DNA from: Squalus acanthias
Lineage: Eukaryota
Direction: 5' to 3'
DNA length: 64,000 nt
NCBI GenBank assembly: GCA_030390025.1
Contig: CM059432.1
Span: forward strand, 74,216,001-74,280,000
The translations under genes were made by a program, and so were the position numbers. This document shows positions 50,982 through 63,268 of the stretch, in pieces (position 1 is the first letter of the stretch; each line of letters begins with the position of its first letter). The notes beneath the pieces were generated by a model. The model did no database searches, had not been told where the DNA came from, and saw nothing but the letters and a program-made list of their open reading frames with translations.

Positions 50982-52522
50982 TACAACATTTTGCACTAGA
51001 CTAGTTAAAACGCATCAACCTGCTGACAATATTGGGAAAGTCCTGACAGCTTCAAAGAGACAAGGAGGGGTACAGCAGTGCCATTGAGGGGTATGGACCA
51101 TCTAATATTCCTAAAAGGGCTGGTGGACATGCCACAGTCCCCTCAGTTCCCCACCCCCACAATCCTCCTATATCCCCCCTCAGTGCTGGCAGATTATAAT
51201 GGTACACATCCCATACTCCCTAACCCCCGTGACAGCTTCCCCACTCCTTAGCATCAAGACCTCGATTACTCCCTCCTCCCTCATACTCCCAATAGTCCAG
51301 GACAACCCGCATTCCAAAAACTCTCCTAATCTGCATTACCCCTCCCACTACTGAAACATATTAGAGATTCCAAGGACACCCACTACTCCCACAGTCTCCC
51401 ATTCTCCCAGACCCAGTGGAGAGTGAGATGATATTGCCTACATAATTCAATGAACATATATTAATAAAACTACTGATTTAGTTTCCAAGTAAGTATTGAT
51501 ATAATCATGGTCTTTGATCCTAAAAATACCACCAACACTCCCACAATTATCTGTCTAATAAAAATGCTGTTTCAATTAAGTCAATTATCATAAATCAATG
51601 GTCTTATAATATAATACGTTACATGGAATAAAACAGCATATCCTCTGATTCACTGTGATCAGTGTTATAAACAAATACAGAAAAACGAAGAAATCTGGTT
51701 TTGAACAGAGAACTCTGACATCGGGGACCCCAGAAAACTTATGGTTTTGAGTGGTACAGAATGGCAGCATGCAATGCTCCCTAAAGGAGTGGTGTTCATT
51801 CAAGGAAAAGTAGGATGGGGAAATTTTCAGGCTGATAAATAAAGAAGGAAAATAAAATAGCTTTGCGCAAGAGCTGCATGACCTCCCATACTTATTTAGG
51901 TGCCCAAGGTGTGCTGATGCCTGCTACTGTCATACCTTGCATGCTTTAAAATATTTCCCCCATTCAATCAGTAATTCAGTAGTGTTGAGTTTTCTGCTGG
52001 GATAGGGGCGAGGAGAGAGCTTTCCTATTCATCTATTGTAGCTACTGTTGTTGTGATCTGGTTATATTCTGCAGTTGAGTTGATTGAGTAAATCGAGGTT
52101 GATCCTGCACTCTTGCTCTGTGATTGGCAGAAACTAGCAGTGCAAAGTGGAATTCGGCACCATTTGTCCATGAAATGCACAATTCAGGATATCTATCTCT
52201 TTAGATTTTTTATATCAAACTGGTCATGTTGAAGAGCTTAATTGAATATATATTTTAAAACATCTGTTTTAAAAAGTAAAATGGGTTGTAAGGAAGTGTG
52301 TTATTAGTATGGTTTCTTTGAACTTTGAGCTTAGAATTTCTGAAGGCAACATATTTATTGCATCTGTTGTCCAAAAATGTATTCTCTGATCTTTACTGCA
52401 GTATTTAGAAAACCCATGTGCTGATATCTTGTGTACAGAAGTCTCAGAATATTGGCAAATTAAGTGTCTGCAAATTAGTTGGATAATCCCAACTGGATTA
52501 ATTCTGTTGGTTTTCAAAACAG

Positions 52523-52660
52523 CCAATAACCCATTATTTGGTGAAGTGGTGTTCTCTTCCATATGAAGAAAGCACTTGGGAACTGAAAGCAGACACAGAC
52601 CAAGTCAAGATTGAAGAATTTCAGCAACTACAGGCCATGAAACCAAGAACAGAGCATACG
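52523..52660 (+). CDS. CHD7: CHD7 coding exon (approx. exon 10), chromodomain 2: [46 protein letters not shown]
   Basis: aacAG acceptor, GTAAGA donor, 138 nt, phase 0-0. [15 protein letters not shown] chromodomain motif; not in the ORF track. Confidence 0.95.
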
Positions 52661-53799
52661 GTAAGATTACAATTTTGTACTTGAGTTTCAGACTGAGAAA
52701 CTGCAAAAGTAAAAAGGGTAGATTAGGATGACTAACTGGGAACATGAAAGAAGGCCAACAGTCAACATAATGGGAAATAGGCTTTTACACGCAAATAAGA
52801 GTAAAGGTTAGTCAAAGAATCAATGGTACCACAGAGACACAGGTGGCCATCTTGTATTGAGTGAGGGAAAGGTAGAAATGCTGAACCACTACTGGAGACA
52901 AATATTCAAAAGGACACTACTAAAAAAGTTAATGGGATTAAAAGAAAAGCCATGAGGCCTAGATGGTATGCATCCCATTCAGAAGGAGGCTGGGGAAGAG
53001 ATAGCAGAGGCACTCACCATAACTTTCATGCCAGAGGACTCTAGGATCGTAAATATTATACCATTATTCAAAAAGGGGAAAGGAATAATTCAGGAAATTA
53101 TATGCCAATTAGTCTTGCCTTCATTGGGAGCACAATGTGTGGGTGGGATTGTAAACACAATTTTGCGTAGCATCACTCTGATAAAATGCACCTGGGCTAC
53201 AGCATATAGTTAGTACCATGCTCTGGCTGATAAACATGCCACCTACAGTTCACATATCTTATAACTTACCTTCTGTCTCAGGAAGAGATTTCAGGAGCTG
53301 CTGCATCCAAGCATTTTTTCAGTTGCAGACTGCTTCAATCTCCGCCAACTGCTGTGCTCTCAATCTTACTGGTATTTTATAACTGCATACGTCCCACTAG
53401 AGTGGCATAGGGACATGATGCTATACAGAACAACACAGCAACAGGATGAATCATGCTGCTGTTCATGCTGATTCACTCTGGAGTTCAAATATAAATCACC
53501 TCCACTAGAAGATTTGTTATATTCTCTAAGTTCTGCAAGAGTCCAAAACAATAAGAGCATTTTGTAAATTTAGTAAACTGCAGCAGAGTTCCTAGTATTG
53601 TTTCGGGGTGGACAGTAGAATATATAATGTGGCATCTTGTATACTGTGGAGACAATTTGTCTTTATTCAATCAACCATTAATTCCTAAAGATCTGTATTT
53701 TTGAGCACTACCCAGGGTGTTTTCATGGTGGCCCTCCAATGAGGAGCCACCTGTTCTGAGAGGCCACTTTTTCTTGGCAGAATAGATGATCATAAAAGA

Positions 53800-54960
53800 C
53801 ACCTTCCAATGTACATTTTAGGGGGGAAACAGCAATAAAAAAAAATTAAACCAGTGGTAAGATTTTAAGAGTGGAGAAACAAAGAAATATAGGGGTGTAG
53901 ATAATTAAGAAGTGCAGTTAAAAAAGGCCTTTTAAAAAGGAAGCAAAGTGGATTCTGAGTTATATTTTTAGGGAAATTGAGTATAAAACCAGGAAGTGAT
54001 GTTGAATCTGTACAAGGCATTGGTTAGGCCACCATTGGAATATTGCATGCAGTTCTGGGTACCCCATTAATGGGAGGGATATTAAACCCATGGGAAGGAT
54101 ATAGCAAAGATTCACTGGAATACTAGGAAATAAGAGGTTATGGAAAAAGACATTCAAAATTGGGACTTTCTTGGGACAGAAAAATTATGGGTGGGGATCT
54201 AATGAGGTTTTCAAAATTAGAAATTTTGAGGGTAAATGGTGAAAAATTGTTGCCACGTATTGGCAAATTGGTAGCAAGGGAGCATAAACTGAAGATTCTC
54301 ACTAGAAGAATGAAGAGGGTTATTAAAACATGGAATGCTTTATCACAAGTGGCTATTGAGATAAAGAATATTACTTTATTTTAAAAAGGAATTGGATAAG
54401 CCTTTCAAAAAGAACATTATAAAAGGATACAGAAAAATAGGATTAGTGTAGATAGCTCCAGTTGAATACCTAGCACAGACTTGATGGGTTATATACTGTA
54501 CTGTACTTCTATGGTTTTATGACACTGATGTTATATGCACAGTTCAAACTATATGGAGGCAAATAATGATTCGGGGTATCTGGAACTTAAATTATGAGGA
54601 AAGAGTGAAGAAGTTAGGTCAATTTTCTCTGGAAAATTGAACACTTTGAGGTGACCTAATTGAAGTTTTTCAAGGCGACGAAAGAAATTGACATAATCAC
54701 AGCAAGTTATTCACTTTTGTGAAGTGTTCAAATGCTGTAGGACAGAAGTTAAAATGTGAAAAATAAGAAGGAAGGGAAGTAGAGCAGAAATATTTCACCC
54801 GAAGGGTAATACAGTTGTAGAATAAGTTGCCAGGAAAGCATGCTGAAATAGGCAGCATTAGTGGGTTCAAGAGGCAATTGGATACATTTTTAGAGAATGA
54901 ATTGAGGAATATAGGTAGTATTGACTGACAAAAAAGGGACAAGCTTGTTGGACCTAAATG
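53800..54960 (+). mobile_element. Two adjacent degenerate CR1 3' fragments
   Basis: LYKALVRPPLEYCMQFW remnant near 54010-54060; second GGTGACCTAATTGAAG segment near 54650. Confidence 0.65.
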
Positions 54961-55035
54961 CCTTGCCCACTTAAAAAAAAAATTGTGTTTTTTTAAGTAA
55001 ATATGGCTTTGCTAATAGTGATTTGTATCCAAAAG

Positions 55036-55157
55036 GAGCGGCCGCTTGCAGAATTCTGGACAAAATTGGAACATTCAAGGGATTATAAAAATGGCAACCA
55101 ACTCAGGGAATACCAACTGGAGGGTGTAAACTGGCTACTCTTCAATTGGTACAACAG
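55036..55157 (+). CDS. CHD7: CHD7 coding exon (approx. exon 11), pre-ATPase/Q motif: [40 protein letters not shown]
   Basis: aaaAG acceptor, AG|GTGGGT donor, 122 nt (phase 0 to 2). [15 protein letters not shown]2 Q motif. Confidence 0.95.
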
Positions 55158-55434
55158 GTGGGTTATTGTGCTTTCAAAATAGTTTGCAGTAATGGACAAA
55201 ATAATTTCATCGAAAACCGTTTTTATACTAGTACTGTTTAAGTTCAGATTCCACAAGACTGGCATCTGAGCCGGCTCCCTTATGCAGCAGCAGGTTCATA
55301 GTCCCAGGAAAAACTAGTTTTGCAAGACTGCCATCTGGATTAGGGAGTCAGATTTAGTAGCTTCAATGCTAAAAGTTGACTCACAGATGTCGGCTCTAGA
55401 ATCTGAACTAAAGCAGTACCAGGATAGAAGCTTA

Positions 55435-55665
55435 ACAACTTGCACTTACATAGGACTTCCAACGTAGAAAAATGACCAAGGGCATTTCATAGGAGCGTAA
55501 TCGGACAATAATAACATTGACACCAAGCCAAAGAAGGAGATAATTGGGACTGGTGATTAAAAGCTTGGTCAATGAGTTGGCTTTGAAGAGGGTCTTAAAG
55601 GGGAAGAGAGGGGTAGATAGGCAGAGAGGTTTAGGGAGGGAATTCCAGAGCTTGGGGCCTAAACT
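55435..55665 (-). mobile_element. L2 3' end
   Basis: GAGGTTTAGGGAGGGAATTCCAGAG and CAACTTGCA tail, reverse complement of the L2 3' UTR. Confidence 0.7.
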
Positions 55666-56312
55666 GTAATAAAATAATTAAAATAATAAATATTGCTTTT
55701 TTTTTAAAAAATGCTGCTGTAAAAGTAATGCAGTGCAGATGGATGTTACTCCTTGCCATATTCACTGAGTGCAATAATTTGAGAGATTTGCCCAGGATGG
55801 GGAGAGAAAAGGGGAAGTGGTTTAATCACCAAAAATTGTAATATTTCAAAATTGTTCATGTAATTGCTTTTTTGGAGGATAGGGTGGTACCTGAATTACT
55901 TAGCCTGTAGAAGCTTTTAAAGTCCTACAAAAGTCAATCTTGGACAGTTTTTTTTTAAAGAATTCAAATAGTAAAACATACTAGTCTTAGTAAAAAAAAT
56001 CCAAATTTCTTGAAGTAGTATAACCTGGACTACATAGTGAAAAGGAATAGAGATATGTCAACAGAATGCATAGTCTGTAAGAAGGGCAATGTGTGGGATT
56101 CTAGTTTCCATTGCCTATATACCACAGATTGGAGATCAGCTTTTCTCGCGCTTTCCTGCTTCCCTCCATTCCAAAACTTTTGGAGTTACCTAGATCTCCT
56201 TTAGAGAGTATTTCAAAATTGAAATGATGTGGAGATGCTGGTATTGGACTAGGGTGGACAAATGTGAGAAGTTGCACAACACCAGGTTATAGTCCAACAG
56301 CTTTATTTGAAA

Positions 56313-56349
56313 TCACAAGCTTTCGGAGCGCTGCTCCTTCGTCAGGTGA
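56313..56349 (-). ncRNA. Minimal hammerhead ribozyme motif (Penelope type), core intact
   Basis: Minus strand UCAC-CUGACGA-A-GGAGC-AGC-GCUCC-GAA-AGCU-U-GUGA: CUGANGA/GAAA core, 5-bp stem II, palindromic AGCU stem III, UCAC/GUGA stem I. Confidence 0.75.
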
Positions 56350-56897
56350 AGTGAAGAGATGCATATAGTCACAGCATATATAGTCAGAGAACACTGCCAG
56401 ATGATTACAGTTAATCTTGCCAACTGCCCTTTATCACACCTCGGCAGAGAGATAATCACGGCAATCAAAGGTGTGGATGGTGTCCAAACAGGTCAGTCAG
56501 GAAAACATTACATCAAAGACAATGTGGCAGATGCTGGGGTCTGTATGGAAAACAAAAAACTTTTTTTGCTGGAAATCACAGCAGGTCCGGCCGCATCTGT
56601 GTAGCGAGAACAAGCCAACGACGACTCGAGTCTGGATGACTCTACGTCAGGTGGGGTTACATGTAGCGTGACTTCCAGCAAAAAAAGTTTTTTGTTTTCC
56701 ATACAGACCCCAGCATCTGCCACTTTGTCTTTGATGTAATGTTTTCCTGACTGACCCGTTTGGACACCATCCACACCTTTGATTGCCGTGATTATCTCTC
56801 TGCCGAGGTGTGATAAAGGGCAGTTGGAAAGATTAACTGTAATCATCTGGCAGTGTTCTCTGACTATATATGCTGTGACTATATGCATCTCTTCACT

Positions 56898-56934
56898 TCA
56901 CCTGACAAAGGAGCAGCGCTCTGAAAGCTTGTGA
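56898..56934 (+). ncRNA. Mutated copy of the hammerhead motif
   Basis: TCAC-CTGACAA-A-GGAGCAGCGCTCT-GAAAGCTT-GTGA: G8 to A in the core and C to T in stem II. Confidence 0.65.
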
Positions 56935-57243
56935 TTTCAAATAAAGCTGTTTGACTATAACCTGGTGTTGTGCAACTTCTCACATTTGTCAAAATTGAAA
57001 GATTAGTTTAGATACAGTAAGTACAATGCTTTTGATGGTGTACCGTTTGGTTTCTGTGTAGAAAATTAAATCACTGTTGCTGAGATTACATTTATTTGCA
57101 TTGGTATGTATTTCTATAATGTCTGTTGCACTGTAGTGGCATAGCTAAAACTATGAAAACAATTAAAGCTACTACCCTGGGGGGAAAATGTAAAATTACA
57201 GCTTTTATTATAAAGACTTGTAATCTTTTCTCTCTTTTTTCAG

Positions 57244-57487
57244 CCAAAACTGCATTTTGGCAGATGAAATGGGGTTAGGGAAGACTATCCAGTCTATTAC
57301 ATTTTTATATGAAATGTACTTGAAGGGAATTCATGGCCCCTTCCTGATTATTGCACCCCTTTCCACAATCACTAATTGGGAAAGGGAGTTCCACACTTGG
57401 ACAGCGATGAATGTGACTGTGTACCATGGCAGCCAGGCTAGTCGTCAAATGATTCAGGCGTATGAAATGTACTTCCGGGATGCTGAG
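57244..57487 (+). CDS. CHD7: CHD7 coding exon (approx. exon 12), SNF2 ATPase motifs I/Ia: [49 protein letters not shown]...YHGSQASR...YFRDAE
   Basis: Long pyrimidine tract + cAG, GAG|GTAAGA donor, 244 nt (phase 2 to 0). Walker [19 protein letters not shown] and YHGSQASR are CHD7-type. Confidence 0.97.
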
Positions 57488-59619
57488 GTAAGAATGGCAG
57501 GTTACGGGAAATTTTGGTTTATGTACATTGAAATCTGTAGTAAACACAGCAATACGGAAAAGGAAATAATATAAAGCAATTTTCCAGACTGTTTAATTTA
57601 CATTTCACATGGAAGGTTTGTTTTGTAAAATTCTTGAATAGTGAAGTATTTGCAATGGGAAAACTTTATTTGAACATAAATTCATTTTACTTTTTTTTAA
57701 TACATTTTATTGGTCCTAATTTCTGGTTAATCAACTATTGATCTTTACTTGGTAAATTTGTTGTAATTGTATCACAACTGTTGGTCCCTTTAGTGTGGAC
57801 AGGCTAATTGATATTGGTGACCAAAAAGGTCCATGTTACTGGCAAAGCTGACTGACATAAGTAGTACTCTGAATTTCTTTTTCTCCCAACTTAGTACCTC
57901 ATAATTCTATAAGGTCCTCTCTGATTCATCTGCTTTCAGAACTGAAGATTCTGTAACTCTCTAGCCTTTCTTCATTCAGCTCTCTGAACTAATGATCAAC
58001 CTCCTGGCTACTTCTCTGCACTGCCTCCAGGGCATGAATATTTCCCTGTTCTCATTGACCAAACTGATTTTAAGGAAGTTTATCTGATTGAGAGGTTAAG
58101 ATGACTACCTTGAAACCTCTGTTCTATCAATTTTTTTTTAACAGCATACAAATACTGTGAAGTTTGAGGGAACAACTTAATTCTGTATTGAGTTTGTTTT
58201 GCTGTTAGTAGGTGTCTAATTGTTTCTGCTAAAATAAACTCAAAACATCCCTAGACATACTATTTCCAAAAGGGAAAACTGCTTCGTGCAAGGGAGTAAT
58301 GAAATCTTGAAATTTTGTTATAATCCACTCAAACTTCAATCAGGGAGTTGGAAATGGCACATCTTTTTGATTTCATTCATTCCCTCCTATCTCACTGCCG
58401 GCCTTCTATTATCCTATATATTTTATATGTATGCATTTGCCATTGTAGGCTTGAAACTGCCAATGTCAGTTTGCAACCACTAAAAAAAAAAGTACCTTCA
58501 TCTACTGTTTTACCATTTTACTTGCATTTTGCTCTCGACCTTGATCTGTTGATGCTTCAAAAGAAATTTTCCAGAAGAGTCATTTCAGTGGGTTTAAACT
58601 GAACGTCATAAGTTTGTCCAAAACTTATTTGTTCTATCCTGTTTTTCACTTTCACTATTGGTACAGTACTTTTTTTGTACGGTGCATTTTTTTGAAACCT
58701 CAAAAGCGGGCATTTCCTACAAAAAAGCAAGTTCTGCTATAATCTTGCAGATCCTCAAGTTCAGAATGACAATTGCATTTCTGTCTTTTTTTCACATCGA
58801 CTACATTCTGAGTTAGTCCCAGAACTTTCCATGTTTTTGCAGGTGAATTTGTGCATACATTGAATTTCTAGTTTTAAAATTAAACATGTCTCTCTACTAG
58901 ATGGATTGCAAAATATTGGATTATATTCTTTTGCCTTTCTCAAGAAAACATTTTGCACAGCTGATTCCATAGAGTATGGTTTGGGCAATGAAGTTAGTTA
59001 ATACATGTATCATTTTATAATGAGCGTTCCATATGGAGTTTTTTGTACTTCGCAACATGAGGAACGTTGGTGCTGGGGATGAAACGTTTTCTGTTTCAGG
59101 TACCCAGTGTCTTATAAAGTACTCCCAGGTCAGGGTTAGCGCAGTTAGATGGAGCATCAACCTCAAATTCTACTGCACTAACTTTACAAATTCCTACATT
59201 AGCAGCTTCTAGCCACTTGATTCCAGTTGGCAAGTTAGTGACAATTTGTGCAGTGGGTTTATGGCTACTAGAAGCTGGCTTGAGACTGTCCAGACTCCAT
59301 TCACATGGGAGCCTTTTCATAATGAGATTTTCATCCCAGGTCCCTGAACTATTGAATTTAAACCCAGTGATGAAAGGCCAGTGTTGAATTCAGTGCACCA
59401 CCCAGCTTCCTCCCACCAAAATATATTTTTAAATATAAAATAACTGCATATAATCCATGCTTTTTATTGTAATGAAAACTGTAAATGTGACCCCACAAAT
59501 TAAGCAAAATTTATATTTTTAACATTTGATTTCCTGAAAGTGAATTAAGAACTAAGAAGGTGTCTACCACCTTTTAATATGAGTGGATCTTCCAGGGCAT
59601 TCAGTGCATGAGAGTTGAG

Positions 59620-60050
59620 ATCAACTGTGGTCTTCAGGTGAAATAGAATACAAAGGGGAGGAACTCGATACAAATGGGAAGAAGTTGTGCTGCAGTTGCA
59701 TAGAGCCTTGGTCAGACCCCATCTGGAGTAATGCATTCAGTTCTGGCACCACAGGAAGGATATATTGGCCTTGGAAGGAGTGCTGTGCAGATTCACCAAA
59801 ATGATACCAGGACTTAGAGGCTTAAATTCTAAGGACAGGTTGCATAAACTTGGTTTGTATTCCCTTGAATATAGAAGATTTGAGGGGTGATCTGATTGAA
59901 GTGTTTAAAATGTTAAATATGGTAAATACAGTGCAACTACTTCCTCTGGTGGAATCAAGAACGATGGGACATAATCTTAAAAATAGAGCTAGACCATTCA
60001 GGAATGAAATAAGAAAGCACTTTTTCACATAGTCGAAATCTGAAATTCTC
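59620..60050 (+). mobile_element. Older CR1 3' fragment; continues at 63269-63424 after a nested insertion
   Basis: LRGDLIEVFK and FRNEIRKHFFT; the 3' remainder (LPQKAIDAQ..GAFKTELDRFL) resumes after 63268. Confidence 0.75.
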
Positions 60051-63000
60051 GTGGCTGGAGAGATGGTGTAGGAGGGAGGGATTTAAATTCCTGAGGCATT
60101 GGGACCGATTCTGGGGAAGGTGGGACCTGTACAAGCTGGACGGGTTACACCTCGGCAGAACCGGGACCAATATCCTCACAGGGGGGGTTGCTAGTGCTGT
60201 TGGGAAGAATTTAACTTAGTCAGGGGGCTGGGAACCTAAGTGTGGGCCCAGGACAGAGAGAAACAAAGCTGGAAGTGCAAGTTAGAAAAGTAGTCAGCAA
60301 AACTAGTAGGGAGCAGAAACAAAGGCCAACAGTAAAGAGGGTCAAAGTGCAGAAAAATATTAAACAGGCAAAGTTGAAGGCACTTTATCTAAATGCACGT
60401 AGCATTCGCAACAAGGTGGATGAATTAATGGCACTAATAGAAGTAAATGGGTATGATGTAATTGCCATAACAGACATGGTTGCAAGGTAAACAAAGCTGG
60501 GAACTGAATGTTCCAGGGTACTCAACATTTAGGAAGGACCGACAAAAAGGAAAAGGAGGTGGCGTAGCGCTGTTAATAAGGGATGAGATCGGTATGGTAG
60601 AGATAAAAGATCTTGGCTTGGCAGATCGTGATGTAGAACTGGAATCAGTTTGGGTGGAGCTAAGAAACAGCAAAGGGCAGAAAACATTGGTGGGAGTTGT
60701 GTATAGGCCACCAAACAGTAGTGGTAATGTAGGGCACAGTATCAATCAAGAGATTAGAAGTGTATGTAACAAGGGCAATGCGGTAATCATGGGGGACTTT
60801 AATCTACATATTGACTGGGCAAATCAAATTACCACTAATGGTGTGGAGGACGAATTTTTGGAATGCATGTGAGATGGTTTCCAGGATCAGTATGTGGAGG
60901 AACCAACCAGGGAACAGGCTATTCTGGATCTGGTACTGTGTAATAAGAAAGGGCTAATCAAGAATCTTGTGATAAAGGGGCCTTTAGGGACAAGTGACCA
61001 TAATATGATTGAATTTTACATTAAGTTTGAGAGTGATGTAGTCCAATCTGAAACTAAGATCTTCAATCTAAACAGAGGAAACTACAAGGGTATGAGGGAC
61101 AGGTTGGCCATGGTAGATTGGGAGACTACACTAAAAGGTATGAAGGTGGACATGCAATGGCTAACATTCAAGGAAATAATGCATAATTTGCAACAAACAT
61201 ATATTCCTCTAGGGCATAAAAACCCAAAAGGAAAAGTGATCCAACCATGGCTAACAAAAGAAATTAAAGCTAGTATTAAGTCAAAGGAGGAAGCTTATAA
61301 AGTTGCCAGAAAAAGCCTGAAGATTGGGATCTTTTTAAAAAATCAGCAAAGGGGGACCAAGAAATTGATAAAGAAAGTGAAAATGGAATATGAGCACAAA
61401 CTAGCAAAAAATATCAAAACTGATTGTAAAAGCTTCTAAAGGTATGTGAAAAGGAAAAGACTGGCGAAGGTAAATGTAGGTCCTTTACAGTCAGAGATGG
61501 GAGAATTTATAATGGGGAATGAGGAAATGGCAGAGAAATTAAATAAATACTTTGTTTCTGTCTTCACGGAGGAAGACACAAAAAACCTCCCAGAAATATG
61601 AGAAAACCAAGGATGTGGTGAGAATGAGGAACTTAAAGAAATTATTATTAGTAAAAAAACAATACTAGCAAAATTAATGGGACTAAAAGTCGATAAATCT
61701 CAAGGACTGGATGACCTACATCCTAGGCTTTTGAAAGAGGTGGCCATTGGGATAGTGGACGCATTGGTTGTCATCTTCCAAGATTCTATAGATTCTGGAA
61801 CGATTCCTGCAGATTGAAGGATAGCAAATGTAACCCTGCTATTTAAGAAAGGAGGGAGAGAGAAAACAGGGAACTACAGACCTGTTAGCCTCACATCAGT
61901 AGTTGGGAAAATGCTGGAATCTATTAAAAAGGATGCAATAACTAGGCACTTAGAAACTAATAGTGAGATTGGGCAGAGTCAACATGGATATATGAAAGGG
62001 AAGTCCTGTTTGACAAACCTATTGGAGTTCTTTGAGGATGTAACTAGTGGAGTAGACAATGGGGAACTGATAGATGTGGTGTATTTGGATTTTCAGAAGG
62101 CCTTCGATAAGGTTCCACACAAGAGGTTGGTGAACAAAATTAGGGCACATGGAATTGGGGGTAATATACTAGCATGGATTGAGAATTGCTTAACAGACAG
62201 AAAACAAAGAGTAGGGATAAACTGGTCTTTTTCAGGATGGCAGGCTGTGACTAGTGGGGTACCGAAAGGATCGGTGCTTGGGCCCCAGCTATTCACAATC
62301 CATATCAATGATTTGGATGAGGGGACTAAATGTAACATTTCCAAATTTGCTGCTGATACAAAGCTAGGTGGCAGTGTCAGTTGCGAAGAGGATGTGAAGA
62401 GGCTTCAAGGGGATCTCGACAGGCTCAGTGAGTGGGCGAGAACATGGCAGATGGATTATAATGTGGATAAATGTGAAGTTATCCACTTTGGTAGAAAAAA
62501 CAGAAAGGCAGAGTATTTCCTAAATGGTGAAAGATTGGGCAATGCAGATGCTCAAAGGGACCTGGGTGTCCTTGTACATGAGTCACTGAAAGTGAATGTG
62601 CAGGTGCAGCAAGCCATTAGGAAGGCAAATGGCATGCTGGCCTTCATTACAAGAGGATTTGAGTACAGGTGTAAAGAAGTCTTACTCCAATTATATAGGG
62701 CCTTGGTGAAACCACACCTGGAGTACTGTGTACAATTTTGGTCTCCTTACCTAAGGAAGGATATACTTGCCATAGAGGGAGTGCAACGAAGGTTCACGAG
62801 ATTGATTCCTGGGATGGCGGGACTGTCGTATGAGAAGAGATTGAGTAAACTAGGTCTGTATTCTCTTGAATTCAGAAGAATGAGAGGGGATCTCATTGAA
62901 GCATACAAAATTATTACAGGGCTTGATAGGGTTGATGCTGGGAGAATGTTTCCCTTGGCTGGGGAGTCTAGAACCAGGGGCCACAGCCTCAGGATAAAGG

Positions 63001-63268
63001 GTAGGCCATTCATGACTGAGATGAGAAGAAATTTCTTCACACAGAGGGTGGTGAATCTTTGGAATTCTCTACCCCAGAGGGCTGTGGAGGCTCAGTCATT
63101 GGGTATATTCAAAACAGAAGTCGATAGATTTCTGACTAGTAAGGGCATCAAGGGATATGGCGATAAGGCCGGTGAATGGAGTTGAGGCAGAAGATCAGCC
63201 ATGATCTCATTGAATGGCGGAGCAGGCTCAAAGGGCCAAATGGTCTACTCCTGTTCCTATTTCTTATG
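60051..63268 (+). mobile_element. CR1 LINE: 3' end of ORF1 (SGNH esterase-like) and near-complete ORF2 (APE + RT) with several stops and frameshifts
   Basis: WGRWDLYKLDGLHLG (DxxH), LYLNARSIRNK, GVVYRPP, IMGDFN, LDLV, SDHN and a 424-aa RT frame (61911-63185). TTCTTATG tail. TTCTC duplicated at 60046-50 and 63269-73. Confidence 0.95.

Larger units (their letters stand above)
56225..56990. mobile_element. Non-autonomous Penelope-like element with inverted pseudo-LTRs (323-bp arms, 88-bp spacer)
   Basis: 56257-56579 is the reverse complement of 56668-56990 (7 mismatches by eye). 32-bp unpaired extension at 56225-56256. TCAAAATTGAAA duplicated at 56213-56224 and 56989-57000. Confidence 0.85.

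Noticed and set aside
56359..56888. Two near-identical ORFs on opposite strands (MHIVTAYIVREH...)
   Set aside because: A simple consequence of the inverted repeat; no recognisable domain.
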